DNA of 64,000 nucleotides from Hypanus sabinus (taxonomy: Eukaryota), in the NCBI RefSeq assembly GCF_030144855.1, contig NW_026779236.1, forward strand, positions 1 to 64,000. The letters are read 5' to 3'. The position numbers and the translations under genes were made by a program. The notes under the pieces were generated by a model that did not search any database, had not been told where the DNA came from, and was given only the letters and a program-made list of their open reading frames with translations. This document shows, piece after piece, positions 19,085 to 32,375 of the stretch; the first letter of the stretch is position 1; every line of letters starts with the position of its first letter.

Positions 19085-21380
19085 GAGGCTCTGTCCTCTG
19101 GCTGGATCAGACAGGACAGCCAATACGGTACAGGGGGTGATGTATCTAAACGCGCGTAGTTTAAGAGATAAGGCGGATAATCAGTTTGCAATATTACAGA
19201 TTGCAAGGTATGATGTTCTGGCCATCACTGAATCGTGGCTGAAGGATGGTTGTGATTGGGTGCTGAATGTCCAAGGTTACTCGACATATGGGAGGGGTAG
19301 AAAGATAGTCAGAGGGGGTCGTGTGGTAAAGAAATGCATCAAATCGGCAGAAAGCTGTGACAGAGGATCGGAAGGTGTTGGATGATTGTAGGTTGAGTTA
19401 AGAAACGGCAAGGGTAAAGGGACGTTGATGGCAGTTATATACAAGCCTCACAACAGTGGCTCGGAGGTTCACCACAGCTTACAACAGGAAATAGAAGAGG
19501 CGAATCGAAAGGGCAATGTTATTGGAGATTTTAACATGCAGTTCGATTGGGACAATCATGTTGGCAATGGATCTCCAGAGAGTGAGTGTGTTGAATGTAT
19601 AAGAAGTAGCGTTTTAGATCAGTTTGTCGATAAGCCTATTAGAGGATCAGCCATACTGGATTGGGTGTTATGAAATGAACCGGAGAGGATTAGGGAACAT
19701 TAGGTAAAAGGACCCTGAGGAACCAGTGATCACAATATGATTGTGTTCAGCTGAAATTTGACAGGAGAAAGTAAAGTCTGATGTAGCAGAATTTCAATGC
19801 AGTGAGGTAAGTTACAGTGGTATGAGAGAGCAGTTGGCCAAAGTAAATTGGAAGGAGCTGCTGGCAGGGATGTCAACAGTGCAGCAATGGAGTGCGTTTC
19901 TGGGAAAAATGAGGAAGGTGCAGGTCATCAGTATTCCAAAAAGGAAGGAATACTCCAGTGGTAAAATAATACAACGGTGGCTGACTAGGGAAGTCAAAGC
20001 CATTATAAAACAGAATGAAATGACATACAGCAAAGCAATAATTAGTGGGAAGGTAGAGGACTGGGAAGTTTTTTAAAAACCTGCAGATAGTAACTAAAAA
20101 AATCATTAGAAGGGAACAGATGAAATACAAAAAAAAATTCAACTGATGTAAAAGTGGATAGCAAAAGTTTGTTTTATTAGAAATGATCTTTCAAAAATAA
20201 TTGGACCCCGAAAGGGTGCCAGAGAACTGGAAAATTGCAGATGTTACTCCAATCGTTACAAAAAGGAGGAAGGCAGAAGATAGGAAATTACAGACAGGTT
20301 AGTCTGACCTCGGTTGTTGGGAAGATTTTGGAGTCACTTTTTAAGAATGAGGTGATGAAGTACTTGGTGACCAAGGACAAGATAGTACAAAGTCAACATT
20401 GTTTCCTTAAGGGAAAATCTTGCCTGACGAAACTGTTGGAATCCTTTGAGGAGATTACAAGTAGGATAGATAAACAAGATGCAGTGCCTGTTGTATGTTT
20501 CGACTTTCCGAAGGCTTTTGACAAGGTGCCAAAAATGAGGTAGGTTGCAGATGAGGAGAATGGTCAGGAAAGAGGCAAATGAAATACAATTTTCGAAAAT
20601 GTATGGTCATGTACTTTGGAAATAGAAACAAATGTGCGGTCTGTTTTCCAAACGGGGAAAATTTGCAAAAATCTTTGATGCAAAGACTCCTGTGAGACTG
20701 GTTGACTCAGTGGTGAGGAAGGCAAATGCCATGTTAGCATTAATTTCCAGAGGTCTAGAATACACGAGCAGGGATGTGATGTTGAGGCTTTATAAGGCAC
20801 TAGTGAGGCCTCAACTTCAGTATTGTGAACAGCTTTGGGCCTCTCCTCTTCGAAGAAATGTGCTGGCATTGTATATTGTCCAGAGGAGGTTCACAGGGAT
20901 GATTCCAGGGATGACAGGATTATCAGACGAGGAAGGTGTGATGGCTGTGGGTCTGTACACGTTGGAATTCATGAGGATGAGAGGGGGATCTCATTGAAAC
21001 CTTTCTAATATTGAAGGGACTAAACAGAGCAGATGCGGAAAGGATTATATCCCATGGTGGGAGCTTTTAGCACAAGAGGGCACAGCTTCAGGACAGAAGG
21101 GCGCCCTTTCAAAACCGAGATGCAGAGAATTTTCTTTAGCCAGAGGATGGTAAATTTATGGAATTTGTTGCCACTGGCAGCTGTGGAGGCCCAGTCGCTA
21201 TGCAGCTCTAAGACAGAGATTGACAGCTTCTTGTTTGGACATGGCATCAAAGTTTACGGGAAGAAGGCCGGTATCTGGGTTTGAGGAGGAGAAAAACAAA
21301 AGGATCAGCCATGATTGACGAGCGGAGAAGACGCGATGGGCCAGACGCCCTAATTCTGCTCCTATGTCTAATGGTCTTTC
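19085..21380 (+). mobile_element. Degraded CR1 LINE (endonuclease to 3' UTR) with the RT core deleted near 20540
   Basis: Frameshifted pieces YLNARS, VLAITESWL, GDFN, YRQVSLTSVVGK, FPKAFDKVP, LYKALVRP and FFSQRMVNLWN. Confidence 0.85.
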
Positions 21381-22170
21381 ACTCTCCCACCACAGGAATC
21401 AAATTCGCCACGTCCGCTCTATATCGGTCTTTCAACATTCGATAGGCTTCAATTATTTCACCCCTCATTCTTATAAATTCCAGTACGTGCAGGCCCATAC
21501 TCCCTTCATATAATAAGCAGTTTAATGCTGGAATCATTTTCGTGAAACTCCTTTGAACTCTGTCCAGGTTCAGCATGTCCTCTCTGGGATATTGGGCCAA
21601 AACTGCTCACAATACCCGGCAGTGCTTTAGAAAACTACAACATTACATCCTTGCTTTGACCCACGTCCTATTGACATTAATGCTAACAATTCATTTTCCT
21701 TCCTCACCGCCGACTCAATGTGGACATTACCCCTCAGGGAATCCTGCACCAGGACTCTCATGTCCATTTCAGAGTCAGATTTTTATATTTTATGTCCATT
21801 TATAACATAGCCAACCCTTTCATATCTTCCACCAAAGTTCAGGATCATGCACTTCCCGACACTGTGTTCCAGCTGCCATTTCTTTGCCCATTCTCCTAAT
21901 CTGTCTGAGTCCTTCCGTAGCCTCTCTGTTTCCGCAAAAATATCTGTCTGTCCAATCACCTTCATATCCTCCGCAAACTAGGCAACAACGCCATCAGTTC
22001 CATCATCCACATCATTGACATATAATGTGAAAAGGAATCAGTCACAACACAGACCCTAGTGGAACACCAATAGTCGCCGGCAGCCAACCAGAACAGGGTA
22101 CCGTTGTTCCCACTCTTTGCTTCCTCCCAATCAGCCTTCTTTTTATTCATTCTAGACGCTTTCCTGTAAT
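21380..22170 (-). mobile_element. CR1 LINE RT fragment
   Basis: Minus ORFs DRVQRSFTKMIP and DRLGEWAKKWQLE, plus FADD-region homology. Confidence 0.75.
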
Positions 22171-22189
22171 GATACAGTTTCGTAGACTC

Positions 22190-22790
22190 CGGGAGTGTGT
22201 GATGGGACGGTGCGGAGGGAGATTCACTCTGTGTCTGTCCGGGAAAGTGTGTAATGGGATGGAGTGGAGGGAGATTCACTCCGTGTGTGACACCGGGGGT
22301 GTGTGATGAGACGTTGTGGAGGGAGATACACTCTGTGTCTGACCCCGGGAGTGTGTAATGGGGCAGTGTGGAGGGAACTTCACTCTGTGTCTGACCCCGG
22401 GAGTGTGTGATGGGACGGTGCGGAGGGAAATTCGCTCTGTGTCCTACCCCTGTGGTGTGTGCTGGGAGGGTGTGGATGCATATTCACTCTGTGTCTGACC
22501 CCGGGAGTGTGTGATGGGATGGCGTGGAGGCAGCTTCGCTCTGTGGCTGTGCCGGTGAATGTGTAATGGGCTGGTGCGGAGGGAGATTTGCTTTGTGTCT
22601 GACCCCGGGTGTGTGATAGGCTGTTGTGGAGGGAGATTCACACTGTGTCTGACCCCGGGAGTGTGTGATGGGACGGTGTGGATGGAGAATCAGTGCGTCT
22701 GAAGCCGGCAGAGTGCGATGGGACCGTGCAGAAGGAGCGATGTAGATTCACTCTGTTTCTTTCGCCGGGAGTGTGTCATGGTACGCTGCG
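22190..22790. repeat. About 52-bp G-rich tandem repeat, roughly 11 degenerate copies
   Basis: Unit GGGAGTGTGTGATGGGACGGTGCGGAGGGAGATTCACTCTGTGTCTGACCCC, with starts near 22191, 22241, 22295, 22347 and 22399. Confidence 0.95.
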
Positions 22791-22982
22791 GGCGTTAGGG
22801 GGTCGGGAGCTTCATACTGAAAAGTGGAAAGCGTGACATTTGACAAGTACATTTCCCCCTTGATGACTCCTGAGAAGTAAACAGCATTGAGGCCATTATT
22901 GAAACCGTAACGGAAATTCTCACTTCATGATCAGGCGCTGGAACATCTCATTACAACCGCCATCCATTTCCTGCTTCTCGGC

Positions 22983-23250
22983 GACCGCAAACAGTCTCCA
23001 CCCCTTCACAACTGGTTTCCAGCAGACCGCTCATAGTGCAGTACAGCTCCTGGACCTCCTCCCTCTTGTTAGTAACGAGGAGCGGGCTTGTCCAAAGTGG
23101 TGGGGGTAGTTGGGTCTCGGTGACCGCAAACAGACTCCGCCCCTCCACAACTGGTTTCCAGCAGACCACTCCCAGTGCAGTTCAACACCTGGACCTCCTC
23201 CCACTTGGAGGAGCGTGCATGTCCAAGGTGGTGGGGGTAGTTGGGTGCGG
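22983..23250. repeat. Two-copy direct repeat, period 139 bp
   Basis: CCGCAAACAG...CAACTGGTTTCCAGCAGACC...GGTGGGGGTAGTTGGGT at 22985 and 23124. Confidence 0.9.
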
Positions 23251-23399
23251 GGAGGATGGATGCTTGTTGTCTTAATTTTGAAAGCTACATTGCTGAGGCA
23301 TCGCCTTTTCAAGATGTCCCCGACGCGGGTCTAGAGGAGTTAGGGAGGTATTGTCTAGCCTGGAGCTGGCTCAGGATCCCCCTATCCGACCCTCATACA

Positions 23400-23900
23400 T
23401 AATGCTGATAGTAGATGGAATAGTACCGCACAGTATGGGCCATTCGGCCCACAATGTTGTGACGGCCCTTAAACGCTGCCTCCTATATATCCCCATACTT
23501 TTAATTCCTCCATATACCTGTGTAGCAGTCTCTTAAATGTCACTGGTGTATCTGTCTCCACCACTGACTCAGGCAGTGCATTCCACGCACCAACCACTCT
23601 CTGAGTGAAAATGCCTTCCGCTAATATCCCCCTTCAACTTCCCACCCCTTACCTTAAAGCCATGTCCTCTTGTATTGAGCAGTGGTGCCCTGGGGAAGAG
23701 GCGCTGGCTGTCCACTCTATCCATTCCTCTTAATATCTTGTATACCTCTATCATGTCTCCTCTCATCTTCATTCTCTCCAGAGATTAAAGGCCTAGCTCC
23801 CTTAATCTCTGATCTTAATACATAATTTCTAAACCAGTCAGCATCCTGGCACATCCCCTCTGTATCCTTTCCAATGCTTCCACATCCTTGCTATAGTTTA
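23400..23900 (-). mobile_element. CR1 LINE 3' end
   Basis: MRGDMIEVYKILRGMDRVDSQRLFPR...TRGH.FKVRG. Confidence 0.8.
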
Positions 23901-24199
23901 TCAGGGACATTAATTTCCTCTAATACGACCCTTGAACTTCTCTGATGTTGGAATTCTCAGTACGGTTGAAATTTGCTGCGGAATTTAGAGTCTGTCTGAG
24001 AGCATCTGCAACGCCCCTGTCCTGTCAGCCCCGGTGGCGGCACCCTGCTCTCACAGTGCAACGGTATAACTTGTCCCACCCACCCCACACCACCTATGCT
24101 CTCGCCCTACATGCATTCCCCTGATATGAGACATTTCAAGCCTGGTTTGGGTTGGGGAAGATACTGACGGCCTGTTCTATCTGTGACGCTGATGAATAT

Positions 24200-24740
24200 C
24201 CATCAGGACTCCTCTCAGGCTCCGCCGTTCCACAGAAAGTAACCGGGATGTGGAAGACACAGAAAGGAAGCAGGGGAGATTTACGAAAGGGTTGACTGTA
24301 TTGCGAATCAGAACTTCTGAAAATAAGTTGAGTGAAATCGGTCTTTTCTCCTTGGAGTGAAGGAGGATGAGAGGTGACCTGTCAGAGGTGTGTAAGATGA
24401 TGAGAGGCATTGATCGTGTGGATAGTCAGAAGCTTTTTCTCAGGGCTGAAATGGTTGCCACAAGAGGACACAGGTTTAAGGTGCTGGGGACTAGGTACAG
24501 AGGAGGTATCAGGGGTAAGTTTTGTTTTACTCAAAGAGTAGTGAGTGTGTGGAATTGGATGCCGGCGACGGTGGCAGAGGCAATACAATAGGATCTTTTA
24601 AGAGACTTTTAGATGGGAAAATGGCGCTTAGTAAAATTGAGGGCAATAGGTTAGCCTAGTAATTTCTGAGGTAGGGACATGTTCGACACAACTTTGTGGG
24701 CCGAATGACCTGTATTGTGCTGTGGGTGTTCTATGTTACT
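24200..24740 (+). mobile_element. CR1 LINE 3' end
   Basis: MRGDLSEVCKMMRGIDRVDSQKLF...FTQRVVSVWN. Confidence 0.8.
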
Positions 24741-25293
24741 ATGCTTCTAACCCAAGCGGTCCAGCCTCTCTTAATATCTCATGACTCCTAGTGCAGACAC
24801 TCCAAAGCTTCCTCCAGCCCACAGACATCTGTTCTTTTTTTTTCTGTGCTGAAAAATGCCGCAAAAAAAACGATCTCCTCTGCGCGCACTTCAAAGCCAC
24901 CCCGCCCATGCTCTTCCCGTGCTGGTAAATGCTGGTCATCTGCCAGTCCCCACTGCCGACACGATGTCCGTCTGCCTCCGCTCCCTGCTCTACCGCGCGC
25001 CTGTCTCGGAGACGCTTAAACGCCCGCTCTCGCTTCTGCCTCCACCGATGCCCCTGGCGCTACATTCCCGGCACCCATCACGTCCCGTGTAAAGATAAAA
25101 CTCAATGTGTGGCATTGACCCCTCTCACTTTCGCTGGATTACACATTTCCACTCTGGGGGGCAGATCATCCAAGACCAGCCAGGGGCTTCGCTCGGGTGG
25201 GCAACCGCAATATTACTGTTGCTAGGGTGGGGAATCTAAAACGAGAGGGGGCAGCTTTAAGGTGAGCGGTTTCAAAGGGCCTCAGTGAGAGCC

Positions 25294-25780
25294 GCCGGAG
25301 GAAGTGGTCGGGGCAGGTACATTAACGACACTCGGACAGGGACACGGACAGGAAACGTTTAGAGGGATACGGGTGGTCCGTCTGTGGAAGGTGCTTCTGG
25401 AGGAAGTGGTCGAGGCAGGTACATTAACGACACTCGGACAGGGAGACGGATAGGAAAGGTTTAGAGGGATACGGGTGGTCCGTCTGTGGCAGGAACTGCC
25501 GGAGGACGTGGTCGAGGCAGGTACATTAACGACACTCGGACAGGGACACGGATAGGATAGTTTTAGAGGGATACGAGTGGTCCGTCTGTGGAAGGAGCTG
25601 CCGGAGGAAGTGGTCGAGGCAGGGACATTAATGAGACTGGGACAGGGACAGGGATAGGAAATGTTTAGAGGGATACGGGTGGTCCGACTGTGTAAGGAGC
25701 TGCCGGAGGAAGTGGTCGAGGCAGGTACATTAACGACACTCGGACAGGGACACGGAATGGAAAGGTTTAGAGGGATACGG
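25294..25780. repeat. 102-bp minisatellite, about 4.8 copies, derived from the CR1 ORF2 C-terminus
   Basis: Unit starts at 25301, 25403, 25505, 25607 and 25709. The plus frame reads RVVRLWKELPEEVVEAGTLTT, as at CR1 3' ends. Confidence 0.92.
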
Positions 25781-28700
25781 GACACTCTCTTTCAGAGTGT
25801 CTCAGCTGGTCGACATGGTCTCGTCTGGCTATTTTCAATATTGTACACCTATATCAAATATACCCTTGTTTATACCCACTACTAAGAATAAAGTTCTTGA
25901 AACTCAGGTCGTCAAGTCCCAGTAAACTGTTTCTGCACTATTTCAACCATATTTACACCTTTCCTGTGGGTTGGTGACTAAACCTGCACGCCATACCCCA
26001 GATGAGACATTACGAATGTTATACACAGCTTCTGCATGACATCCCAAACCTGAGTTCAATATTTCCTTGTGCCAGGACCTCTCTTTACGAGCCTCCGTAC
26101 CTGTGACGCAACTTTCAAGGGATTATTCGTCTGTCTTCCCAGATGGCCCTGCTCCTACGGCGTTCCTCAGTACCTTCCTGACCAGTGTGTAAATACCGCC
26201 ATGGTTTGTCCTCCTCAAGTGCTTCTGAGTTACAGAACAATACAGCTGGTCAGGCAGCATCTATGCATTTTATTTTTGTAGATGCAATGGGCCAACTGCC
26301 GAATTTTGCTCCTGCGGTTCTCCGCTCCTGAGAAAATAGTCCAGCTGTGTCAAACTCTCATCAATAAAGGCTAACGCGGCCTTCACCTTCATAACCCTCG
26401 AGAAAATCTCGCAGAAAATTAAATGTGGGCCCCACCGAAATCTTTGTCCCTGAGAAGATCCTGACATTCAGATCATCGCTCCATGAGATATTGTGGATAT
26501 TAAGCCTCATTGGCTCATCGAGTCTACGCTGCCATTTTATCATGGCTGATTCTATTTTCCTCTCAGCTCAAATCTCCTGCCTTGCCCCATATCGCTTATT
26601 GCCCTGTGCTATCAAGAAACATCAACAGCTGCCCTGAATATACCCAACGGCTTGTTCTACACAGCTGCCTGCGGAAGCCGAGACAGACATATGCCTATGA
26701 AGAAAATGAAAGTATACTCTTATTTTACAAGCAGAACAGATTTGTTAGCAGTTAAGTTACCAATTCAAATCGTTCAGCACAGCATTGTGGGACGAAGGGT
26801 CTCTTCCTGTGCTGTAATATTCCATGTCCTGTTTTCTAAATCAGGAAATGAACAGCTGACACGTCGGAGCGAGATCCTTCACCGGGATTGGAAACGAAAA
26901 GAGGCAGTGTGGATTCAGCGGGATGAGGGGATGGATGACAAACTGAGAGACAGTACGACAAACTTATGCCTTCTTAACCACAGAGCCAACCTGTGCAGCA
27001 GCTTAGAGTGTCCTGTAGGCTCGAACCCCAAACGCTGGATCTCATACAGAAAACGATTATATGTCAGCAATGGAAAGGTAGCGTTCAGAGCTTTGAGACC
27101 ATCTTGCAGTTCTTTGAGTGGTCGATGAGGGCGCACTCGGAATACTGAGTACAGTATTTGGTCACCATGCAAAGGTGCGGCTGAGCAGGAACAAGGACAG
27201 AAAAGAGTGTTGGACATGTACCCAGCACAAGTGGGATTGAGGCATGGAGACTGGTAGGATACTTGGAACTTGATAGAATGAGGGACGAACTTGCAGAAGT
27301 TTCTTTTGAATTTGAACAGACGTTGACGTGCTGGATGATAAGAGTCTTTTGAGATCCTGGATAGGGGAGACAAAATCTTGTGAACATGCGTTCAGGTAAG
27401 GGAGTAGGATGGATTAAAAGGAGTCGTTTTCACCAAGACCGTGTTATAGGAAGGACCTGAATAGCAGGAGGAAAATGCAGGTTTATTCGGATCGAGTGAG
27501 CTGAGAGAGAGTTTTAGTTGGGAGCGGAAGGATTTTTTTTTTTAAACGTACGTGTATGTAGATGATTGTAAGTGAAAATATACCAGAGAGAGAGGTTGAG
27601 AAAGATACGAGAGTATAATTAAGAACCAAATAGGGATATACATGGAGGGCTGGGAATCAGACTGATATGACCCCGGCACTGATTGGTTTATCCGGCGGGC
27701 TGTAATTGTGTACCGTGAATATGACTGCAACCTTTGGAGATTCTTAACAATTGTTGGCAAGCGAAACCAATTTTGGGAGGTGAAGAGAAATAAAGTCAAT
27801 ATCAACAAACGAGAGAATAGGCAAGTATCCCATCAGGCTCTGCGATTCATACGATAGTTAAAACAATGGCTGATTGTCATGAAACAAAGAGCAGAAATAA
27901 AAGGAGCCTTTCCTGGTTGGCAGCAGGTGACTAATAGTGTCCACAGGTGTCTGTGTCGGCACAGATTATTTTTACGCTAAATGTCTATGATTTGGAAGGA
28001 ATTGATGGCTTTTTTGCAAAGTTTGCAGACGATCCAGAGATATGTCAGAAGACATGTATTTATTAATATAAATGACTATGATTACCCATTTCACATTTAG
28101 CCGGAGTCGTAAAGGTTTTTATTCCACATGAATGTGAACGATGAAGAAATAAAGTCAATACAATAGAACTGAATTCGGGAACTGAATGAACATGCATTTT
28201 GGTAGATCTAATAAAGGTGCAGACTGTGGCATTGATCAGGAAAATAAATCAGTAGTCAGTGGTGCTAGGGAATTCGGGATTCCTCATGCAGACTTTCCTA
28301 AACTTAGAAAGATTTGGAGAGCTATGATGTTGTGGCCATTACAAAGATTTTGATGGAGCAATGACAAGAATGGCTACTTCAAGTGTCAGGCTTCAGACAA
28401 TAGACAATAGACAATAGGTTCAGGTGTAGGCCAGTCAGCCCTTAAAGCCTGACTGTGATCGTATCTGATCATCGACAATCAGTACCATGTTCCTGCCTCC
28501 TCCCCATATCCCTCGACTCCGCCTTCTGAGCGGAGCTGGAATTGGGAGTTACCTGAGGTACAGACAGCGGGGTGCTGGGGCCCACAAATTGGGCGGCCGA
28601 GGAATGAATGGGAAACAGGAAAGGAAGCTATCTTAAAGGTGACAGGTGAAGTGATGTGGCGGGGAAAGGTGAAGGACTGGAAAAGAGAAAAAGTGGAGAC

Positions 28701-30639
28701 ATCTGTACCCAGGTGGACTGGTACCTCGAGAAATTAATCCCACTTTGCACTTTCTCTAACCCTGGACCGAACCGCAATCTCCACTCTTTTTTTATTCCCT
28801 ACTGATCTTTTACCTCCTCTCACGTGGCTATTACTTCCTCGTGCTCCCTTCTCCCTCCGTTTCTCATATAGTCAGCTCTCCACTCCTATCAGATTCCTTC
28901 TTCACCAGCCCTTGTCCGCTCCGACCCACCAGTCTTCACATCACTTTCCAGCTCGCCTATTTCTCCTCTCCCTACCTTTTTAACTGCCTTGTCTGATAAC
29001 AATTCCTGTGCCGTACTGGCTTTATGCTTGAGTAATTTTTGCCTGAGCCTTTATATTGTGGATCAGTTTCATAAAAGGCAAATTAAATCGTCTGCGATTC
29101 AATGCTGAAAAACAATACAACTTTTAAGGAGGCTGAACACTTCCACAGGCACCGAACACTCAGACCTCTGCGAAGCTGAATATGTCAAATACCAGAACGC
29201 AGATACATAAAGTGAGAGGCGGACAAATTCAGAGAGGGACGTTTTCCACCGGCTGCAGCCAGACATAGGAAGGGGCAGAGGATTGGAGGTGGTGGAACAG
29301 CTACTATGTCAATGTAGATAGGATTATCATGTGATGTCATTTCCTGTACTTCAGTAATACTTTTCAGCAATTTCATATCTATGCATTTGTTGCGCATGGA
29401 CTATCTGCAGAAGCCAACATTTATTTCTTCTCAACCATCACTACTGCCAAACTCCCCAGACATCACCTGTTTGCTGTAATCGTTTTTACCTCTGTTGGGA
29501 CAGTTCCAACTCACTTAGTCGTCCTGAAGACGCCTGGTGCAGAGGCACATAGCGGAATGATTGTTTGACGGCTGGAATCGCTTTATTTTAAAGGCTTTGT
29601 ACTGTTCATCCGTTTGCTCACTCATGGCGCCAGAGGGACATGGCGCGCACTCATGTCCGCTCGGCGGATCGAAAGCAAGACACTACAAAAGTTACGTTTT
29701 CAATGTTCAAAGTTAATGCATTGTGGGTTTATGCCACCAGAAACATAAATGATGTTCGATTTCTTGTTGGCATGCATATTTAATAGAAGAAACGCTATAG
29801 ATTGAATGAAAGACAGCAGCGAATAAGACGTTCAAAAACACACAAAACAACAATATGCAAATAATGAACTTTGGAAATCAATAAAAATAGTAATAACAAG
29901 TCAATACGCAATAAATATCGAGAAGGAGATGAAGAGTGTATTAATATGCATCCATAGGCTGTGGGAACAGTTTAGTGATCCACCGGCTGAAATTGAGTGC
30001 GGTTCGTACCCCGAGTACAAGCGCGTGATAATCGCGTCCGTAACAACTGTTCTCAAAACTGGTAGTGAGGGACATGGTCACCCCTGGCCCCTGTACATGA
30101 CGGCAATAGCGAAAAGAGATCATGTCCTGGGAGCTGGGGCTCCTTCATGCTGGATGCTGTTTTGGGGCGACAGCGCTCCGTGCTGATGCGCTGAATGGTG
30201 GTGAGGGCTTAACCCGGAGTGCACTGGGTCAAATCCAGTACTTTTGTAGGATTTCCCGTTGTAACTTTGCATCTTCCATGAATAGGTCAGATTTCCTTCC
30301 GTGGCGGCAGAACACAAGAGCTAGATATTGACTTCAGAAATGTCAGAGCGCATCCACAAGCTCCTGTTAAGGTGAATGATACCGAAATCAAATACGTGCA
30401 TGTGAACATCGCGAGAAGACTTGGGCTGGTGCGGCATATTGACGTCAGAGCAAGATGGCTGACCAAAACCTCCAATACTTCAGGTGGATAAATAAGTTCG
30501 ACATGGCTCTTTACAATCTCAGCAACGTTTTACTGATTCATCATAAAAAACATCTTACCCGGATATATTGTATCCTGGATAATATACTCCCTGACTGGCA
30601 GATTACAGTCTGTGCGGCTTCAGAGCTGTGCTTTAGATA

Positions 30640-31230
30640 GAGCTATAAGTGGCACTATTTGCCCTGAGGGAACTGTACTGGCTCGCTTCCTGTTTACCCT
30701 GTATATTTCGGACTTCCGATACAAAAATATGTTATGTCATCTGCAGAAATGATCTGCTGACTCTGTAATATTTGGGTGTTTAAATGGACGATGGGAGTTC
30801 GAATACAAGGCTCTGGTGGAGGACTTTGCCAACTGATTCAAGCTGAACCATCTGCCGCTTGGCATCAGTGAAACAAAGAAGATAAGATGGACTTCAGAAT
30901 GACGAAGGATGCACTGTTCCCTGTTACTATTGATTGTGAGGACGTTGATGTGATGAGGACCTACAAGTACCCGAGGGTGACGTGGATGACAGACTTGAGT
31001 GAAGCCGCAGCACAGAGGCTGTGTACAAGAAGGGCCAGAGTCATCTCTAATTCGTGACGAGGCTGAGGTCATTTGGAGTGTCCATGAATTTCTTTCATCA
31101 TGTTCTACCAGTCTGTTGTCGCCAGTACAATCCTCCGTGCGGTGGTGTGCAGGGTAATGTCAGCATCATCCGTGATACCAGACAATCTCCACTCCACGAA
31201 CTCTGCCGACATCGTTTAGGCAGTCTAAAT
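30640..31230 (+). mobile_element. Rex/Babar-type LINE RT 3' fragment
   Basis: Homologous to 58600-59200 (LFTLY..DF...S.CHLQK..DD; V.TYKYLG..L). Confidence 0.6.
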
Positions 31231-31410
31231 AGATGAAGACCCGCTCCCATTACGAACATTCCTCTTTATTCACGTGTTGGCTCAAAGAAAGTCTCCAACC
31301 CGCTGTGGTAAAATCAATGAACAGCCCAATTAACGTCAAGATCTCCCTTGATATGTTCATAGACCTTACAGCCTACCTGGAATGCATCTGGCTGAAGTGA
31401 GTTGTTTGTT

Positions 31411-31608
31411 CTAACCGTATGTCCTGTCTATCGTCAGTTCAGCCTCCCGAATGATCTGGAGCTCGTCCAGTTCCCCCTCGAGCTCTTTAACGCGGATTGT
31501 CTGGAGCTGCAGCTGAACGCAGCTCTCGCAACTGACGTCAGGGTTACTGGAGTTCTCTGTGCTTTCCAAGATTCCACAAGAGGAGCATTCAACTATCCTG
31601 CCTGTCAT
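31411..31608 (-). mobile_element. CR1 ORF1 N-terminal (zinc finger/coiled-coil) relic; paralogue at 52393-52659
   Basis: VECSSC...CESCVQLQLQTIRVKELEGELDELQIIREAE. Confidence 0.6.
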
Positions 31609-32325
31609 CTCTGTTATCCAATCTGATCAGATATAATGACAGGGAAGGAAAAAATAAAACTCTTAGCCAACTGTTTTTCTTTTATTTGCCTGTTTTAACT
31701 GAAGCCTCTCTGAGCTGACGCATCGGCGAGCAGAAGCCTGAAGATCACCTGCTTGAAGATCCATTCAGACGATAAATCCTGCACTTGCCCCTGCCGGCCT
31801 ATTGCGAACAAAAGACAAAAGCCACCTATTCGCTGGTCAGAGCTGATTTTCACTGTACGGACCCGTTGACGTATTTTATGCCCCTGCTGATTGAAGACCT
31901 ACCCTCACAAATCACCCAAAGACCTGATTTGATGCTTGTCAAAACTCTTTTTCTGAAAATCATTGTTTTCGATTGATCTAACTCGATATCATTTTCAAAC
32001 TACCTGTGCAACTATAATTGTTAGGAACTATCTATGCAATAATTATTTTAAATCTATTTATTTTGTTGTTTTTATTATTATTGTCTGCGTGTACCTTCCT
32101 TTCGAGACGGGTTGTGAAACAGTGTCTAACTGTGTGCCAATAATTTTCTATGTTGTGTCCATTTACAGTAACGGCACATATCCGTGGACAGACGACTGCT
32201 GGGATTATTAGATACACTTCCAATCTGCTTCTGAACTGCTTCTCTGACGGTCGGAAAACAACCAAGGATTTACGTGCACCTGTCATTCCGTAGAACCTAA
32301 TTATGGGAGTATCTGTGGGGATTAA

Positions 32326-32375
32326 CGACGTCACCACGGAGGTGTGGCTACTGGTTGCCTGCACTATTAGTATGT
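32326..32375 (+). promoter_or_regulatory. Putative promoter of GPCR copy 1: CRE-like CGACGTCA, GGAGGTGTGG, CTATTA
   Basis: Conserved in copy 2 at 53569-53615 (perfect TGACGTCA), about 170 bp upstream of the ATG in both. Confidence 0.5.

Noticed and set aside
22190-25780. CRISPR-like reading of the 52-bp and 102-bp arrays (also the 116-bp array at 58.3 kb)
   Set aside because: Units are contiguous with no unique spacers, the context is a vertebrate genome, and two arrays derive from LINEs.
25282-25785. 167-aa Cys/Pro/Ser/Thr periodic ORF as a real gene
   Set aside because: It is the antisense of a CR1-derived minisatellite, with no promoter, splice or signal evidence.
26915-27800. 152-aa ORF and flanks
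   Set aside because: Probably a decayed non-LTR element, but I could not assign a family or host gene with confidence.
29626-29640. Plus-strand CTCF-like motif (GCGCCAGAGGGACA) as a locus boundary
   Set aside because: The core GGC is broken (GGA), so the match is too weak.
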